Of a DNA stretch of 64,000 nucleotides, positions 17,493 through 31,164 are shown piece by piece (within the stretch, counting starts at the first letter, position 1; each line of letters begins with the position of its first letter). The notes beneath the pieces were generated by a model that was given only the letters and a program-made list of their open reading frames with translations, searched no databases and was not told the origin of the DNA. The DNA comes from Cycas panzhihuaensis (lineage: Eukaryota; Plantae; Cycadophyta): NCBI GenBank assembly GCA_023213395.1, contig CM041465.1:44523741-44587740 (forward strand). The letters run 5' to 3'. Position numbers and translations under genes: made by a program.

Positions 17493-20062
17493 TAAGTATG
17501 ACTATTATAATTAGGAGCTATAGAGGAAATTAATTAAATGATTGAAAAGGTAATAAGAGGGTAAAAATCCAATGCATCCTTAAATAAGTCAATGAAGTAA
17601 TTATGTGAAGAGGGAAAAGAACTAGGACCTAAGTTCTGGGACTTCTTCGATCAATTCCTTAAGCTTAAGTAATAGGTGTCTTTTAACAAATAAGTGGATA
17701 ACCAAACCCATTATATATTTGAAGAAGAAAGGAAGGATTTAGGAGCCTTGGACATTTTTAAACATAGAGTGGCTACACTACCTTATGGGTAAGGTAGCTC
17801 ATATAATGCCTTTCTTATAAGATGGCAATGTATATTAGGGACATCTATTGCTAATGCCAAGAAGGTAATGGAAGAAGTTGAGAAGCTTAAGCTCACCATA
17901 TTAAACAACTTATATGCTCACCTAATAACTCTAATAAAGGTACATGATGCTCCTTCCCTAGAGGAAGGGAAAGAATTACAAGCTTGAGAGGACTTCTTAA
18001 AAGAGTCAAAGGAAAGGATAAAATAACTATTGGCTAATTTTACACTAAATGGTGAAATAAAGCCTCATTAATGGGCCTAAAACATACATGCATGACTAAT
18101 ATAACAATCAAACCTCAAGAGTTTGATCTATAGGGAAGGGGATCAATTAGATAGGATTAGAAGTGAGGCCATTAGGCTAGAGTCCAATGTGGAGTTAGTA
18201 AACCCATAACTAATCCTACAATTCAAATAAGAACTAGTAAACAAGGAGTATAAATAACAAGCGAGTAGCCTTAACAAACTAAGAAGGAGTCTTGATCCAT
18301 CATAACCACCCACACTCCTTAATATGTAATTGAATAATGTATCTTATTCATCCTATAAGAGTGAACCAATATAGGCCTACAAAAGTTCAAGACAAATAAG
18401 AAAAAAACATTCAAATTAACTTAACTCAACTAGTATAATGTATTTTCTTTTGGTCTTAAGTATCCTTACTATTTTTACTACTAAAATTGCCAAGCTTTCT
18501 TTCTATTTATTTTATTTTGTTTGTTTATCTTTTCCTCTTTATTATGTTATGATCCTCTACCATATAATGTTACTCTTATTATAATCTATCCCACATGCAT
18601 AAGTCTAAGAGATAGATAGCCTTGATAGACCCATATGTATGTATATAATGTATAAGTAGGATGATCATTATGTATTTTGTAATCTTATATTAATGAATAT
18701 TCTTTAGAACTTCATCTCCCTCTTTATCTTTAATATATCATTTTCTATTTCTATTTCTCTATATTGGATGATTATATGAATTGGTGCATAATAATTGGTA
18801 TCAGAGCAATGGGCTAGGAGGTGCCATCAAGGGTTTGAAAGCATATTTGAGAGAACAAACCTTGAAAGTTTTGAAAAGTAATGGGAACTTTGAGACAAAA
18901 TGACTCATCCTAAAAATTTTGAGTGGTTGCACTATTAATTTTAGCTTGTTTTTTTTTCTGTCATCATATTTTTGGGATAAATCTGCAACCTCAACTTCAA
19001 AGAGTCATAACTTTAGCTACAGGTATCTAACTGACCTCAAGTTTTTTTTTATTCTATATGTCTTTGAATTTACTTTTCAATAGAAATGATTTGTGGTTGT
19101 CAGAGTTTAGAGTATAAATTTATTAGCATTTTATCAGTAAGTACTATTCAAGTCCCTAAAAACTATAACAGTGAAATTCTTAAAAGGGGTATAACTTTTG
19201 ATCTAGATACCAAAATTCAATTTCATCTAAACCATTAGAATCATAATTTAGAGGCTGTCACCTTAATCCATATTTTGTGTATTATATATATATATATATA
19301 TTTTTTAGAAATAAATTTTTTGAATTTAAGAGTTTATATTTTTCTTGGCCATTTAGACTTTGGTCACAAAACCATTACTCTTAAGGCCCAATATATACTT
19401 TTTTATATCAAAATTAGGGGATAACAGTCTATAGACACCTCTAATCTCTTTTACATTTGTATTATCATGGATACAATAGGGCCTATACTGTGCATCTTTA
19501 ATACAAATGAGACTCTTGCTATAAATAACTAGGTTAACGATATGGAGGCATATTTAAAATTACTTGATGATGACTATATAGACAATGATGAGTTAAGTAA
19601 AATAGCCTCATTATATTATCAAGAATATTAATGTTATCTTTTGATCACATGTATAAATGTGAATTTAAGTGATGTAAAGTTTTAGTCTTATAAACTTTAT
19701 GTTAATTATTACTTATTATATGAAGGTCATTGAAATGCACAACTGCCCATTGCAATGAACCTCTCATTCTTCAAATAGCCTCTTCTAGATTCTAGGAATG
19801 GGCTCTAGGAATCTAGGAGGCTATCATAAGCCTGTTCCAAAGGCTGGTTTCCGTATGTAGAGGGTATTCTTATTAAGGTTTTATGTAAGGTTTTCAAGTC
19901 AATAAATTTTAAACTTAGAGAGGTGGTTTTTCTTCCCCAGAAGGGGTTTTCCACCTGCCACATCATGTGTACATGTGCAATGTCAGATTTCACCTATGTA
20001 TGTTTGTTTATTTGTTCCTGTTGATATTGTACATGCTGCCTATCTCAACATGGTATCAGAGC

Positions 20063-20710
20063 TTGATCATACATTTTGTCAAACACCTTATGCGTGTCCT
20101 CTATGGTTTCATATTTGACATACATGTCTACGAGCACACTTACTACAAAGATATGAGACAAATCCATTTTTTACTATGTTTTCATGGAACTTCTTACCTT
20201 TTATTAGAGATGTCACATGATGAGAATGCTGGAGAATGTCATTGAGTCTGGCTCCATACTTATCTATTTCATTTCTTAAAAGAGCTTAAAGGCCTTAATA
20301 GAATAACCATTCTATACATATCTTGACAATACTCCCAGTCTGTGATACAGTTTCTCCTTTAATCCTTTTCTGAAAGAATGGTCGGGGCTCATCAACTTGC
20401 CCATTCTGTGCATATCCTACAAACAAACATTCCATGATACAACATTTCGTGATGCCATTTTGCCAAGTACTTTGTGTGTGCATCCTCTATGCTCCCATAT
20501 TTGGCATGCAAGTCTACAAAGGCACTCCCCACAAAAGCATCAGACTAAGACCCACTTCTAATTGCATATCCATAAACCTCCTTGCTATGTTTTAGAGCTC
20601 ACCAGGTTGATTCATACCAGGAGAACAATAGCAAAGGTGAACTCATTTCTTGTATACCCTCCGGTTGCATTTGGTAATATAGTGTCAAGGCTATCGCTCA
20701 AAATACCCTC
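20063..20710 (-). pseudogene. captured PLS-class pentatricopeptide repeat (PPR) gene fragment, antisense in the copia leader
   Basis: Minus-strand translation with frameshifts: ALTLYYQMQPEGIQ.NEFTFAIVL; ALKHSKEVYGYAIRSG.SDAFVGSAFVDLHAKYGSIEDAH.VLGKMASRNVVSWN; VGYAQNGQVDE..FFQK; NGYSIKAFKLF.EMK..MEPDSMTFSSIL; VVSVLVDMYVKYETIEDTHKVFDKM. Confidence 0.92.
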
Positions 20711-22177
20711 CAAGCCACACACTGCCATCCCTAACAACACACAGAGGACAGGGATCACAAAGGCAAAACTGAATGCACCACCATCTAAACCCCAGAGAAA
20801 GAAGAAAAATGCAGAAAAGAATCTAAGTGACTATATGCATCGCACTAATGCCAAACCGAATAGAGAATTACGAGAGTCAGGGGTAACCATTGTAAGAGAG
20901 GGTCTTAGTGCACTCTTCTCTCATAAGAGCCATCGCGGGCCAGCCCAAAACAGCCCAAAATGCCATTGCCGATGCCGTGCTCGTTGAAGAAACCCCAGCC
21001 AGGAGCGTTCATTGGATGCCTCCATAACCAGAGATCATTCATTATCGTCGTTCCTTCAAACCAAACGAAGATCGAAAGCTTCCGCCATGGAAAATACGAT
21101 TGAATGGGTAGGGTTTCTTCCCTCTCCCCCCCTCGTACCCCAAATTGCATTTTAATTTATTTTTCTTTTATAAAAACTAAAATTTCATCGGGTCTACCTT
21201 AATTTTAATCGAATCAATATTAAATAAACCTTAATATTTAATTAATAATAAATATTAATATTTAATCTTATATATTCAATCAATAATAATATTAGCCCCC
21301 TCTCCTTACTATAATGTAATACATTTATTACATTTACCTCCCCTTTTCTTATATTTATTATTACATTAGCCCCCCCCCCCCGCTCCCGTTACTTCATTTT
21401 AATATTGACATTAACCCTTCTTATTGCATCCTAATATTAACCTTAAATCCCCTCTTATTATATTAAATATTTAATCTTTTCAAAGGACCAAATTATTCTT
21501 TCCTTCTTCTTCTTAGAATTTATGGCCTCCTATTGGCGCCCTCTCTCAAAGATAGTGATATGATCTTATTAAGGAGTGAGGCTAGTTATGATGACTCAAT
21601 ATTAGCTTATTAGAGTTATGCACTTACTATCTATTTTTCTAGTTCACATTTAAACTATGGGTTCAATAACTCAACAATGATGGATATCCTAATAGCCTTT
21701 AATTGAGCTTCATTTCATTACTTAGTAAAAATTTATCTAGTACATACTTTAAAAAGTCATCTTGAGTGAGCAACTCTTTCCTCTTCTCTAAAGGAGAACC
21801 ATTTAAAATTTTATTTAAAATTTTCTTTTTGTCATTATATAGATAACTAAAGGGTAATTAGTCTGCATAACACCTTTATTATTATTTTGTTTAATAATTA
21901 AACAAGTAACTTATTTTTCAAATATATTTCTTTAATTAATAAATAGGACTATTAACATTTTTTTCTGAAAAGGGGAATATTTAATTTTTTAGGGGAAGGG
22001 TATCCAAACAAATAACAATGATTTTTTAGTTTCTTAAACATGTCTATAAAATGTTAATAGGATTACTCTAATGTTTGGTAATTTTTTTATGTGACTTTTT
22101 TCACCTATACTTATTCATCTAGATTTTTCAAATCTTCTAACTCAAACAGACTTCTAATCATTTTTACAATTCCCGAT

Positions 22178-25100
22178 ATGGCACTAATGCTAGGGACAAC
22201 CACCTGTGTTTCGGTTCCAGTTTTAACCAGCTCAAACTATGCCGACTGGAGGAATCACATTTCCTATTAGCTTAAACAATAGAAGATATGGTGATATGTA
22301 ACAGGTGAATTCAAAAAACTAAAAAGACGTAACTTTAGAAAGCTATATGGTATATCTGATGAACTTTGATTTAGCTCTAGGCACCATCCTGTCGTTACTC
22401 TCACCAGAAATTAGTTAGTAGTTCTATGATACAGATGATCTAGCCACTGTCTATAATACTCTTAAGGAAAAGTATGATAAGATTGACACACAACAATTGG
22501 TTGTCCTAAAATAATAATTGTATTACCTTAATTATGATGATTTTTCTAAAGTCAAAGATTTTTTATCCAAAATTCAACTAATTAATAAAGATCTAAGCAA
22601 CTGTATTAAAACTACAATTGAAGTAGGTGATGTAGAGCAAATATTCATACATGCTAAGGATGATGATACGCTCGTATATCTTGCGATAAACAAACTACTA
22701 AAATATTTTAATCTTTTCAAGACTGCCAGACAACAAGTTGGTAATCCTCTGATAACTTTTAATCAGTTGACAAACCAACTGATTGAACATCAAACGATAT
22801 TAATTCAAACAAGAAAATTAAAAGATCTTTCTCAAGCTTTCTTTTCTAAATCTAAGCCTCAAAATAAAACTAAACATCAGAACAACTTTAATAGTAATCC
22901 AAAATTCCAAAAACCTCATAGAGGTCCACCTCCTAGTTCTCAAAACAATACTAAGTATTCTGGTCCACCTAAATATTAGAATACTTCCAATCAATCTTTT
23001 TCAAATCAAAACACTGTTAATCCTTCTCAGAACATTAGTTGTGCCTACTACCATAAAAAATGCCATACTATTGATGTTTGTAGAAGTATAATAGCTAAAG
23101 AAGCCTAGAAAGCTTCCAAGGGATTGTAAACGCAACCACAAAATAGACCACAATCCCATAATCATTCTTTAACGATAATAACTTCTGTATTTGTTGCTCC
23201 ATCTAATCAATCACCTTAATGGATCCTTGACTCTAGTGCTTCCCATTACATGATGGGACACCAAGAAAATTTATCCACTTATCAATCTGATACTAACTCC
23301 GAAGAAGAGATTTCTTTTGGAAATGGATCCCAACTCAAAGTAAAAGGATTATGTGATGTCACTTTAAAAGATGGTTCAGTCAATGACGTCTTCTACATAC
23401 TTAGTTTGTTACCAAACCTTCTTTCTGTCTACCAAATCTGCTAGAAAGACCTTGTTGTCAAATTCTAGAAAAATAAATTTATTATTAAAGAACCATTAAA
23501 CAAATTTAAATATATTGCCTCTGGATCTGTTGATCATAAAATAGGTCTCTATAGCCTAACTAGTTTACAAAATACTAAAACAAAGTCCTTTAGTGCCTTC
23601 ATAGCCAAATCTGACCCATTTAGTAAACTATGGCATGCATGATTCGACCATACTAGTTATGACAAACTTCAGTACCTAAAAATACATGACATGGTTCATG
23701 GTCTTCCACCTTTAAATATTATTTATAGTGTCTGTAAAGCCTGCATAATAGGTAAGCAACACATATATCCATTTCCACATCAGACTTAATTAAGAGCGAA
23801 AGTTCCACTTGAAGTTATTTACTTTGATATATGTGGACCGTTCCATGTAACTTCATATTTTGGCTGTCGTTATTTTATCATATTTATTAATTATTTTTCA
23901 AGAAAATGTTGGGTATACACACTCAAGACTCATAATCAAGTATTTGATATCTTCACTGAATTCAAAACACTTGTAGAAAATTAATCAAACTCAAAAATTA
24001 AAACTTTCAGATCTGATAATGCCAAAGAATACTTAAGTGGCAAATTCACTTCCTTTTGTAAGAGACACATAATTCAATTTTAGTATTCTGTTACCTATAC
24101 TCCCCAACAAAACGATGTTGTTGAATGTAAAAATTGTACTCTTGTCGAAATGACTCAATGCATCCTACATGCAAAGAGTCTTGACTTAAAGTTGTGGGCA
24201 GAAGTAATTGCTTACTCCAACTATGTTTTAAACTGTTTACCTAGTAAATCTTTACAAAACATTACTCTAGAACAAAAGTATTTTAGACGAAAACCCTCAG
24301 TTAAACATTTGAGAATTTTTGGAAGTACTGCGTGGGGACACGTTCCTAAAGAAAAATGCAAGAAACTCGATCCTAAAAGTCAAAAATATATCTTTATTGG
24401 ATACAGCGAAGAGAGCAAAGCTTATAGACTTTTGGATCCAGTCACGCATAAAATATCAATTTTGTGTGATGTAATATTTAACGAAGAAGAATCCTCTTCA
24501 ACCTCTACTTATGTAGAACTTCTGATTGAGAATCTATTAACCAACACCTATTTGGTTGACTCCTCTGAAAAATAAGTTAACCCTGAGACTATAGAATCCT
24601 TATCTACACAAGTCCAGAATTTGACTTTATCTAAACCAACTGGAATAATTTCTTCTTCTCAAGCTAGTTCTTCATCTCAACCCATGACTACAGAAACTGT
24701 CACAAATAAACAACCCATATGGGCAAAAGAAACACTTTCCAAAGCTGGATCTGATGAAGGTAATCCTTCAGATGCCAGGAGAACACGTGCTTAAAAATCA
24801 CATGTTAACTATACATTAATGGCTAAAATAATTGCCAGCAATGATCATAAAACTTTTAAACAAGCTAGCAATAATCTTGTATGGCAGGAAGCCATGCAAG
24901 TTGAATTTAATGCTTTAAACAAAAATTTAACATGGGATCTCGTTCCACTTCCACCAGGGAAAAATATAATTGATTGTAAATGGGTTTATCAAACAAAATA
25001 CAATTCAATAGGTGCAGTTAAAAAGCATAAACCTCGCCTAGTTACGAAAGGATTTTCTCAAATTGATAGTATAGATTATAATGAAATCTTTGCACTTGTT

Positions 25101-26371
25101 GCAAAGATGAATACTATTAAAACTATTATTTCTCTAGCAGCTAAATTTAGCTCGAAAATCCATCAAATGAATGTCAAGAGTGCATTTCTAAATGGTGATC
25201 TTCAAGAAGAAATCTACATGACTCAACTGCCTGATTTTATTGACAACCCTGATTTAGTTTATAAACCAAAGAAATCCATCTATGGATTAAAGCAAGCTCC
25301 TTGAGCTTGGTACACAAAAGTAAATAATTTCTTACTCAAAATGGATAAACTAGATATATCAGTAATCCAAATATCTATTTCAAACGTGAAAATAACAATA
25401 TTACCATATTAATCATGTATATCGATGATATCATCATTACTAGATCTTCAAACAATAACATTCATCAACTAAAAATAATCTTGATGAATAAATTTAAAAT
25501 GACTGATCTAGGTCTCGGATTACAAATTTATCAACATGATTTAAAAATAACCATATCCCAACCAAAATATGTTTTAGATCTGATTAAACAGTTTAACATG
25601 GAAAATGCTAAACTTGTTTCCAATCCTTTACAATCAGGAGTAAAATTATCTAGTGATTATTCCATACCCTTGTGTGATCAAACTTTATATAGGTAGCTTA
25701 TTGGCAGCCTTATTTATTTAATACATACTCGACCTGATATATCCTATGTTGTTACTTTATGTTTACGTTATATGTAAAAACCACATGAATCACTCTAGAA
25801 AGCTGCTAAATGTATTCTTCGATATCTTCAAAATACTATTTTTTATGGTCTAACTTATAATTCTTGTAGTAAAACTCTAACCTTTGTAGAGTATACTGAT
25901 TCAGATTGGGCAGGTGACACAAATGATCATAAGTCCATAACAGGTTATGTATTTTTTCTAGATTCCTCACTTATCACATGGTCTAGTAAAAAAATGCAGA
26001 CTCTAGCTCTATCAACAACCGAAGCTGAATATCGAGTACTCGTTGAAGCAAGCAAAGAAGCACTTTGGCTCAAACCTCTCTTAAATGAAATTGGTCTATT
26101 TCCTAACTCTTCTATAGAAATTAAAGTTGATAATCAAGGTGTTATTGTTATTGCTACAAATCCAGTTACACATTCTAGAACTAAACACATAGAATTGCAT
26201 CAACATTTTCTTTGTAATCTTGTTACTAATAATATTATTCATTTATCTTATTATCCTACCGATTTACAGATTGTTGATATCCTTACTAGGTTTTTGACTA
26301 AAGTCAAGTTTCTAAACCTACGAGATTTGTTAAAGATAAAAGAAGTCTCCATCAAAAGGGGATCAACATGA
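22178..26371 (+). pseudogene. copia gag-pol polyprotein with many stops/frameshifts
   Basis: gag VPVLTSSNYADW; Zn knuckle remnant ~23040; protease WILDSSASHYM; LWHA.FDH; integrase DICGP, FRSDNAKEY, TPQQN; RT CKWVY..KHKPRLVTKGFSQ, QMNVKSAFLNG, YIDD; RH ALSTTEAEY..DNQG..HSRTKHI. Confidence 0.96.
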
Positions 26372-29300
26372 TGAAGACCTTCTTTATCTCCTCTATTGTA
26401 GAAAAGCTAACATTAAAGGGGGATGTTAGGAATATTAATGTTAGCTTTATATTTATGTTAGTTTTATGTTAATGTTATCTTCTGATCACATGTGTAAATG
26501 TGAATTTAAGTGATGTGAAAGTTTAGTCTTATAAAGTTTATATTAATTATTACTTATTATGTGAAGGTCGTTGAAATGTGCAACTGCCCATTTCAACAAA
26601 CCTCTTATTCTTCAAATAGCCTCTCCTAGATTCTAGGAATGGGTTCTAGGAATCTAGGAGGCTGTCATAAGCCTGTTCTAAAGGCCAATTTCTATATATA
26701 GAGGGTATTCTTATCAAGGTTTTATGTAAGGTTTTCAAGTCAATAAATTTTAAACTTAGAGAGGTGGTTTTTCTTCCCCATAAGGGGTTTTCCACCTGCC
26801 ACATCATGTGTACATGTGCAATATCAGATTTCACCTGTGTATGTTTGTTTATTTGTTCCTGTTGATATTATACATGCTACCTATCTTAACATGTATATAC
26901 AAGGAGAGGCTTACCTTTGGTTTAAGAAGTGGTATAACTTAAGAGCTAATCAATTCATTTTAATTTTTTATCTACAAGTATCTATCTATGTTAAGTATAA
27001 TGTTTTTTAGTGGAAATAGAGGAAAAACCTTGAGAAAGATAAACAAGAAGCTCGTCAAATACTTGAGAGGTATAATCAAAAGGTGTGACAAGGAATTCTC
27101 CCCACTCCACAAAGTCAAGAACAAAAGAAAGATGATGAAAAAGAAAAGAAATGTCAACAGCAAGTAACATAAGTTGTTTGCCAACTCACACCACCAGTTA
27201 CACTTAAGGATAAGGAAGAAACAACATCACCAATAGTTGAAAGATAAACTAAAGCAGAACCATATTAACATCCACATTATCAAGAGGTCCAACGCAATAA
27301 AACTTATTAAGCAAGGCACTCATCAACTACAAACACTAGGCAAGCATAACATCTGAGCTTAAGGTTTTAACATTATAGATATCCAGAGCATATCAGAGGA
27401 CATCAAGGGTGTATCAAAATTAACTTGGGATGGATAGATCCCTATTCCATGTACAACGTTTCTAATGACCTTCTCAAGTGCTATTAATTGGATAATACTT
27501 ATAGGAGATGGTCGCATGTATCATTATATCATGATGCTTTGAGGGTGAAACATTCTAGGGGGAAGGGCATATTATGATCTTCCACCATATGATGTTACTG
27601 TTATTGTAATTTATCCCACATGCATAAGTCTAAGAGATGGGTAGCCTTGATAGCCCTATATATATGTATACAATATATGAGTGGGATGATCATTGTGTAT
27701 TTTGTAATCTTATATTAATGAATGTTCTTTGGAACTTCATCTCCCTCTTCATCTTTTGTCTATCATTTTCTATTTCTATTTCTCTATGTTAGATGATTAC
27801 ATGAATTGGTTCATAACATATTACTTATTTCAAAAGGTTGGAGCTTATCTACATCTTCTAAAAGCATTATTTGTTGGTGGTGTTTTACATCATTTTTAGG
27901 TTTGTACTTCATCACAACACAGGCCCATGTGAGAATAGTAAGCTATGGGTGGAAATTAGTATTAATGGAGGTACCAATTAGAGTCATGGGCATAGAGTTG
28001 TTATATATTATTTATCCCTTTGTGGGTTAGGTACAAGGTCTACCAAGAACTTAGTTCTATTTATTCCTAGTTCACATGTAACTAGTCCTTGAAATGGTCA
28101 AGTTGTAATCTGAGTCATTTAGTCTTACTGGTATACTCAGGAACATTTAATAATAATAGTAATTATATTTTTATAAATTCCATTATTAAGTGTTACTCTA
28201 GAAGTGGAGCTTGTAAATATGCATAGCAATATTATGAGATGTATAGTTAAGAATGTGAGTATCACATCATATCTTTTCATTCATCTTATCATTTTATTAC
28301 AATCCTTCTAACCAATTTTATTCAAAGTAGCCTATGAGAGTGAGTTATTTATTTATCTCTTTTCCTTTAATATGCTCTACCTTAGTTATAATATAGATGT
28401 AAACTCTATTGGAATTTTACACATAAAAGACTAAAAACTCAATAGAAGAGCTCTCTTTTTGTTTCCTTTACTCCATGATTGATTTCCTACTTTATATTTT
28501 GTATTTGTTATTATCCTCACACACAACCATTTACAATGGTCCTATTATTTAAAAAGCATGTCATCGATATATTTTAGCACTATATAGATTTGTATTATGA
28601 TAAAGGGACTTTCCCCTCTTGAAGTGAAGGGTTTCATGACCCCTGATATTGGCCTTTGTTCTAGAGATAGCCTCGGGCATTGGTAGATTAGTCATCATTC
28701 TTTTTAGGCAATTTTGGATAGCACAACGATAGTAAGCAATAGTATTACTACCCATACAACTTTTAGAAGTTGATTTATGATTGGAAGCAAAAATAAGTGA
28801 TGAGTGAATGAACATTTTCATGTAGTTACTTTCAATACACTTCAATGTTTTAAATTTAGATTTGATGACGGATCTATAGTATAGTTGCTTCACTTATGTT
28901 AGTCAAAGGTTAATTGATAAATGAAGATTGATTCATGTAGTTGGTAAAGATGCTTCCTTAGTAGGTTCAACTATGATGTGGCATCACTCAATGTTAAAGG
29001 ATTTATAAAAAATAAAGAAAATAAAACAACTCATATTAAACACAATGAAGTGGGTATTAATAGCAAAAGAATAACAACCTATTTGTAGTAGAATTAATAT
29101 GATTCCTAATAAAATTCTATTGGGTATGTTTCATATAGGTGGTGGTAATACTATGGCAAGGAATTATTCTTTAAGGAGTTCATAGGTAGTTACAAAAAAT
29201 GCCCATCGACATATAGCAAAGAGAAAGAAATAGGTCCTACGAGGCGAGTTAGGGTAGAGACCCATTAATAGGTTGGTTAAAATATAGGAGGAGAGGAGGG

Positions 29301-30209
29301 CCTACTTTGGCCTCTTTTCATAGTTATATAATGTTCGATGAAGAGAGGGAGGAGGTTATTCATAAGTTAAATGTGAGATCTCCAATTAGATATTAATAGA
29401 AGCATATCGAAGGTGGGTAGGGATGCCCCTGTTTAAATGTGATATAGTGGTCTTCATGTGGGTAACTAGGATGCCCAGCATTTAAGATTTAGTAGTGTTT
29501 ATGTTGGTAGTAGAAACATCTTGAGAAGTGAGCCTATGGTTTTTATGTGGATTGTAGAGTACCCCAAATTAAAGACTAGTATAATAAGTCAAGGGTAGCG
29601 ATGGCACCTTAACAATAATATATAAAAATGTTATCAAGGACCGTTTAAGTTGCTCAAATGACGTGAATAAGAGCATGAATCATTGAAATGGAATTAACTT
29701 ATTTGGGGCATATCAACATCAATGAGAATACCCAAATCTAAGTGAGTTACAATGACAACCAAGACCCAACCTTAGTGGGTATGTAATAAAGATGATGGAG
29801 GCCATTTTGAGGCATAACAATAGGAGAAGCACTTCATAGTAAAGGGAACTAAATTGATTTAGAAATTTAAAACAGTAGTGAAGTAAGAAAATATACTAGC
29901 TAAGATCCTAAATGAGAATATAACTTATTTAATATGTATTTGGTCAAGTGCAAGTAAACTATAGGTAAGCATATAAATATGGATATGGAAACTTTGATCT
30001 ATTTGTGGTTTTTTCAGTTGTTAAGCTTTAGGTCTAAGTTTATATAAGGATTATTGTATTTTAGGTTGTGATTTTTAATGCCAACTCAATATGAATAATA
30101 TTTTTTATGTCTATATTAGTCTTAAATATGATCCTAGCAATAAAGCCTAATGAGTGCTAAATTTTTATTTTTGTTCTATCTTATTTAAAATCCTAAATAC
30201 TATTGCCTG

Positions 30210-31140
30210 TATGAACCTACATTATAAAAATAAAGAAAATTTACCATAATAAAGGGACCCTACATCAAATGGAAACCTTTAGGCTTGAGAAGGCTTAAGT
30301 AGCTTCATCGTACCAATAAAAATAATCCTTCTTATATAGATCCATAAGTGGGGTTAAAATGGAGGAGTTTCCTTGAATGTATTTATGATAAAAGATTGTA
30401 CGGCTAGGGAATCCTTTGAGAGAACTAATACATGTAAGAATCAACCAATCTAAGATGGCTTGCATTTTTTAAAGATCTTTTAAAACATTATGAATGGAAA
30501 TGATATGGCCTAAACACCCTCAAGTTTACTTTATAAACTAACATTTAGCGTGTTTAATAAGCAATTTATTATCACTAAGTGTGCTTAGAACAACCTCTAA
30601 GGGGCAAATATGTTACGACTACTATGTGTTATAAATTAGAATATCATAAGAAAAAAGCATGACAAAATTGCATAGGAATGGTATAAATACCTTGTTCGTG
30701 GTCACTTGGAAAGTGGTAGAAGCATTTATAAATCCAAATAGCATAACTTTAAATTCAAAAGGTCCTTGTTGCACTTTAAAAGTTATTTTCTCATAGACTT
30801 GTTGTTGAACTTATATTTGGTGGTACCTTGATTACAAGTCAATTTTGTAAAAGAAAGATACACCATGCAATTTATCATTAGCATCATCCATTTGAGGAAT
30901 AAGGTATTTATTTTTTATTATGATTACATTAAGGGTGTGATAATCCATGCATAACTAGAAATAAACATCCTTCGTTTGTGCTAAGATAACTAGGGTGCCA
31001 AATGGGATTTTATTAGGAGTTATTGCTCCAATATTAAGAAGGTATTGGTGATTCATTTAATATTTGTCTTTTGATTGTGTCCATACTTGTACAACCATGT
31101 TGAAATTGGTCCTTCTCTTAGCCTAATTTCAATAGTATTC
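30210..31140 (-). pseudogene. Ty3/gypsy (chromovirus-type) reverse transcriptase remnant
   Basis: Minus-strand: GAITPNKIPFGTLVIL..LCMDYHTLNVIIIKNKYLIPQMDD..KLHGVSFFYKIDL.SRYHQI..GPFEFKVMLFGFINASTTFQ..YDILIY..AKC..LGHIIS. Confidence 0.9.
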
Positions 31141-31164
31141 TCCATTCTATGATATAGCTTTTAC

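Larger units (their letters stand above)
19617..26891 (+). mobile_element. full-length (decayed) Ty1/copia LTR retrotransposon (element D)
   Basis: LTRs 19617-20050 (434 bp) and 26424-26891 (468 bp); PBS tggtatcagagc 20051-20062; PPT aaaggggga; TSD tatat/tgtat; gag-PR-INT-RT-RH order. Confidence 0.96.
18545..27818 (+). mobile_element. small non-autonomous gypsy-derived LTR element (element C, ~2.0 kb once the nested copia is removed)
   Basis: 249-bp LTRs 18545-18793 and 27570-27818; PBS tggtatcagagc 18796-18807; PPT agggggaaggg; perfect TSD tatta/tatta; gag-like remnant (VNDMEAYLKL..KIASLY|IQGEAYLWFKKW) split by the copia insertion. Confidence 0.92.

Noticed and set aside
19805-19993. Near-identical 62-aa ORFs at 19805-19993 and 26646-26834
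   Set aside because: They lie in the two LTRs of the copia; the repetition reflects the LTRs, not a gene family.
20562-20987. 141-aa plus-strand ORF in the copia leader
   Set aside because: Partly the antisense of the PPR fragment; no recognisable domain.
28561-28893. 110-aa minus ORF and a PPT-like aagaggggaaag (~28609-28620) as the 3' end of the minus-strand gypsy
   Set aside because: The sequence left of it could not be matched to the presumed 5' LTR near 45897; the ORF has no recognisable motif.
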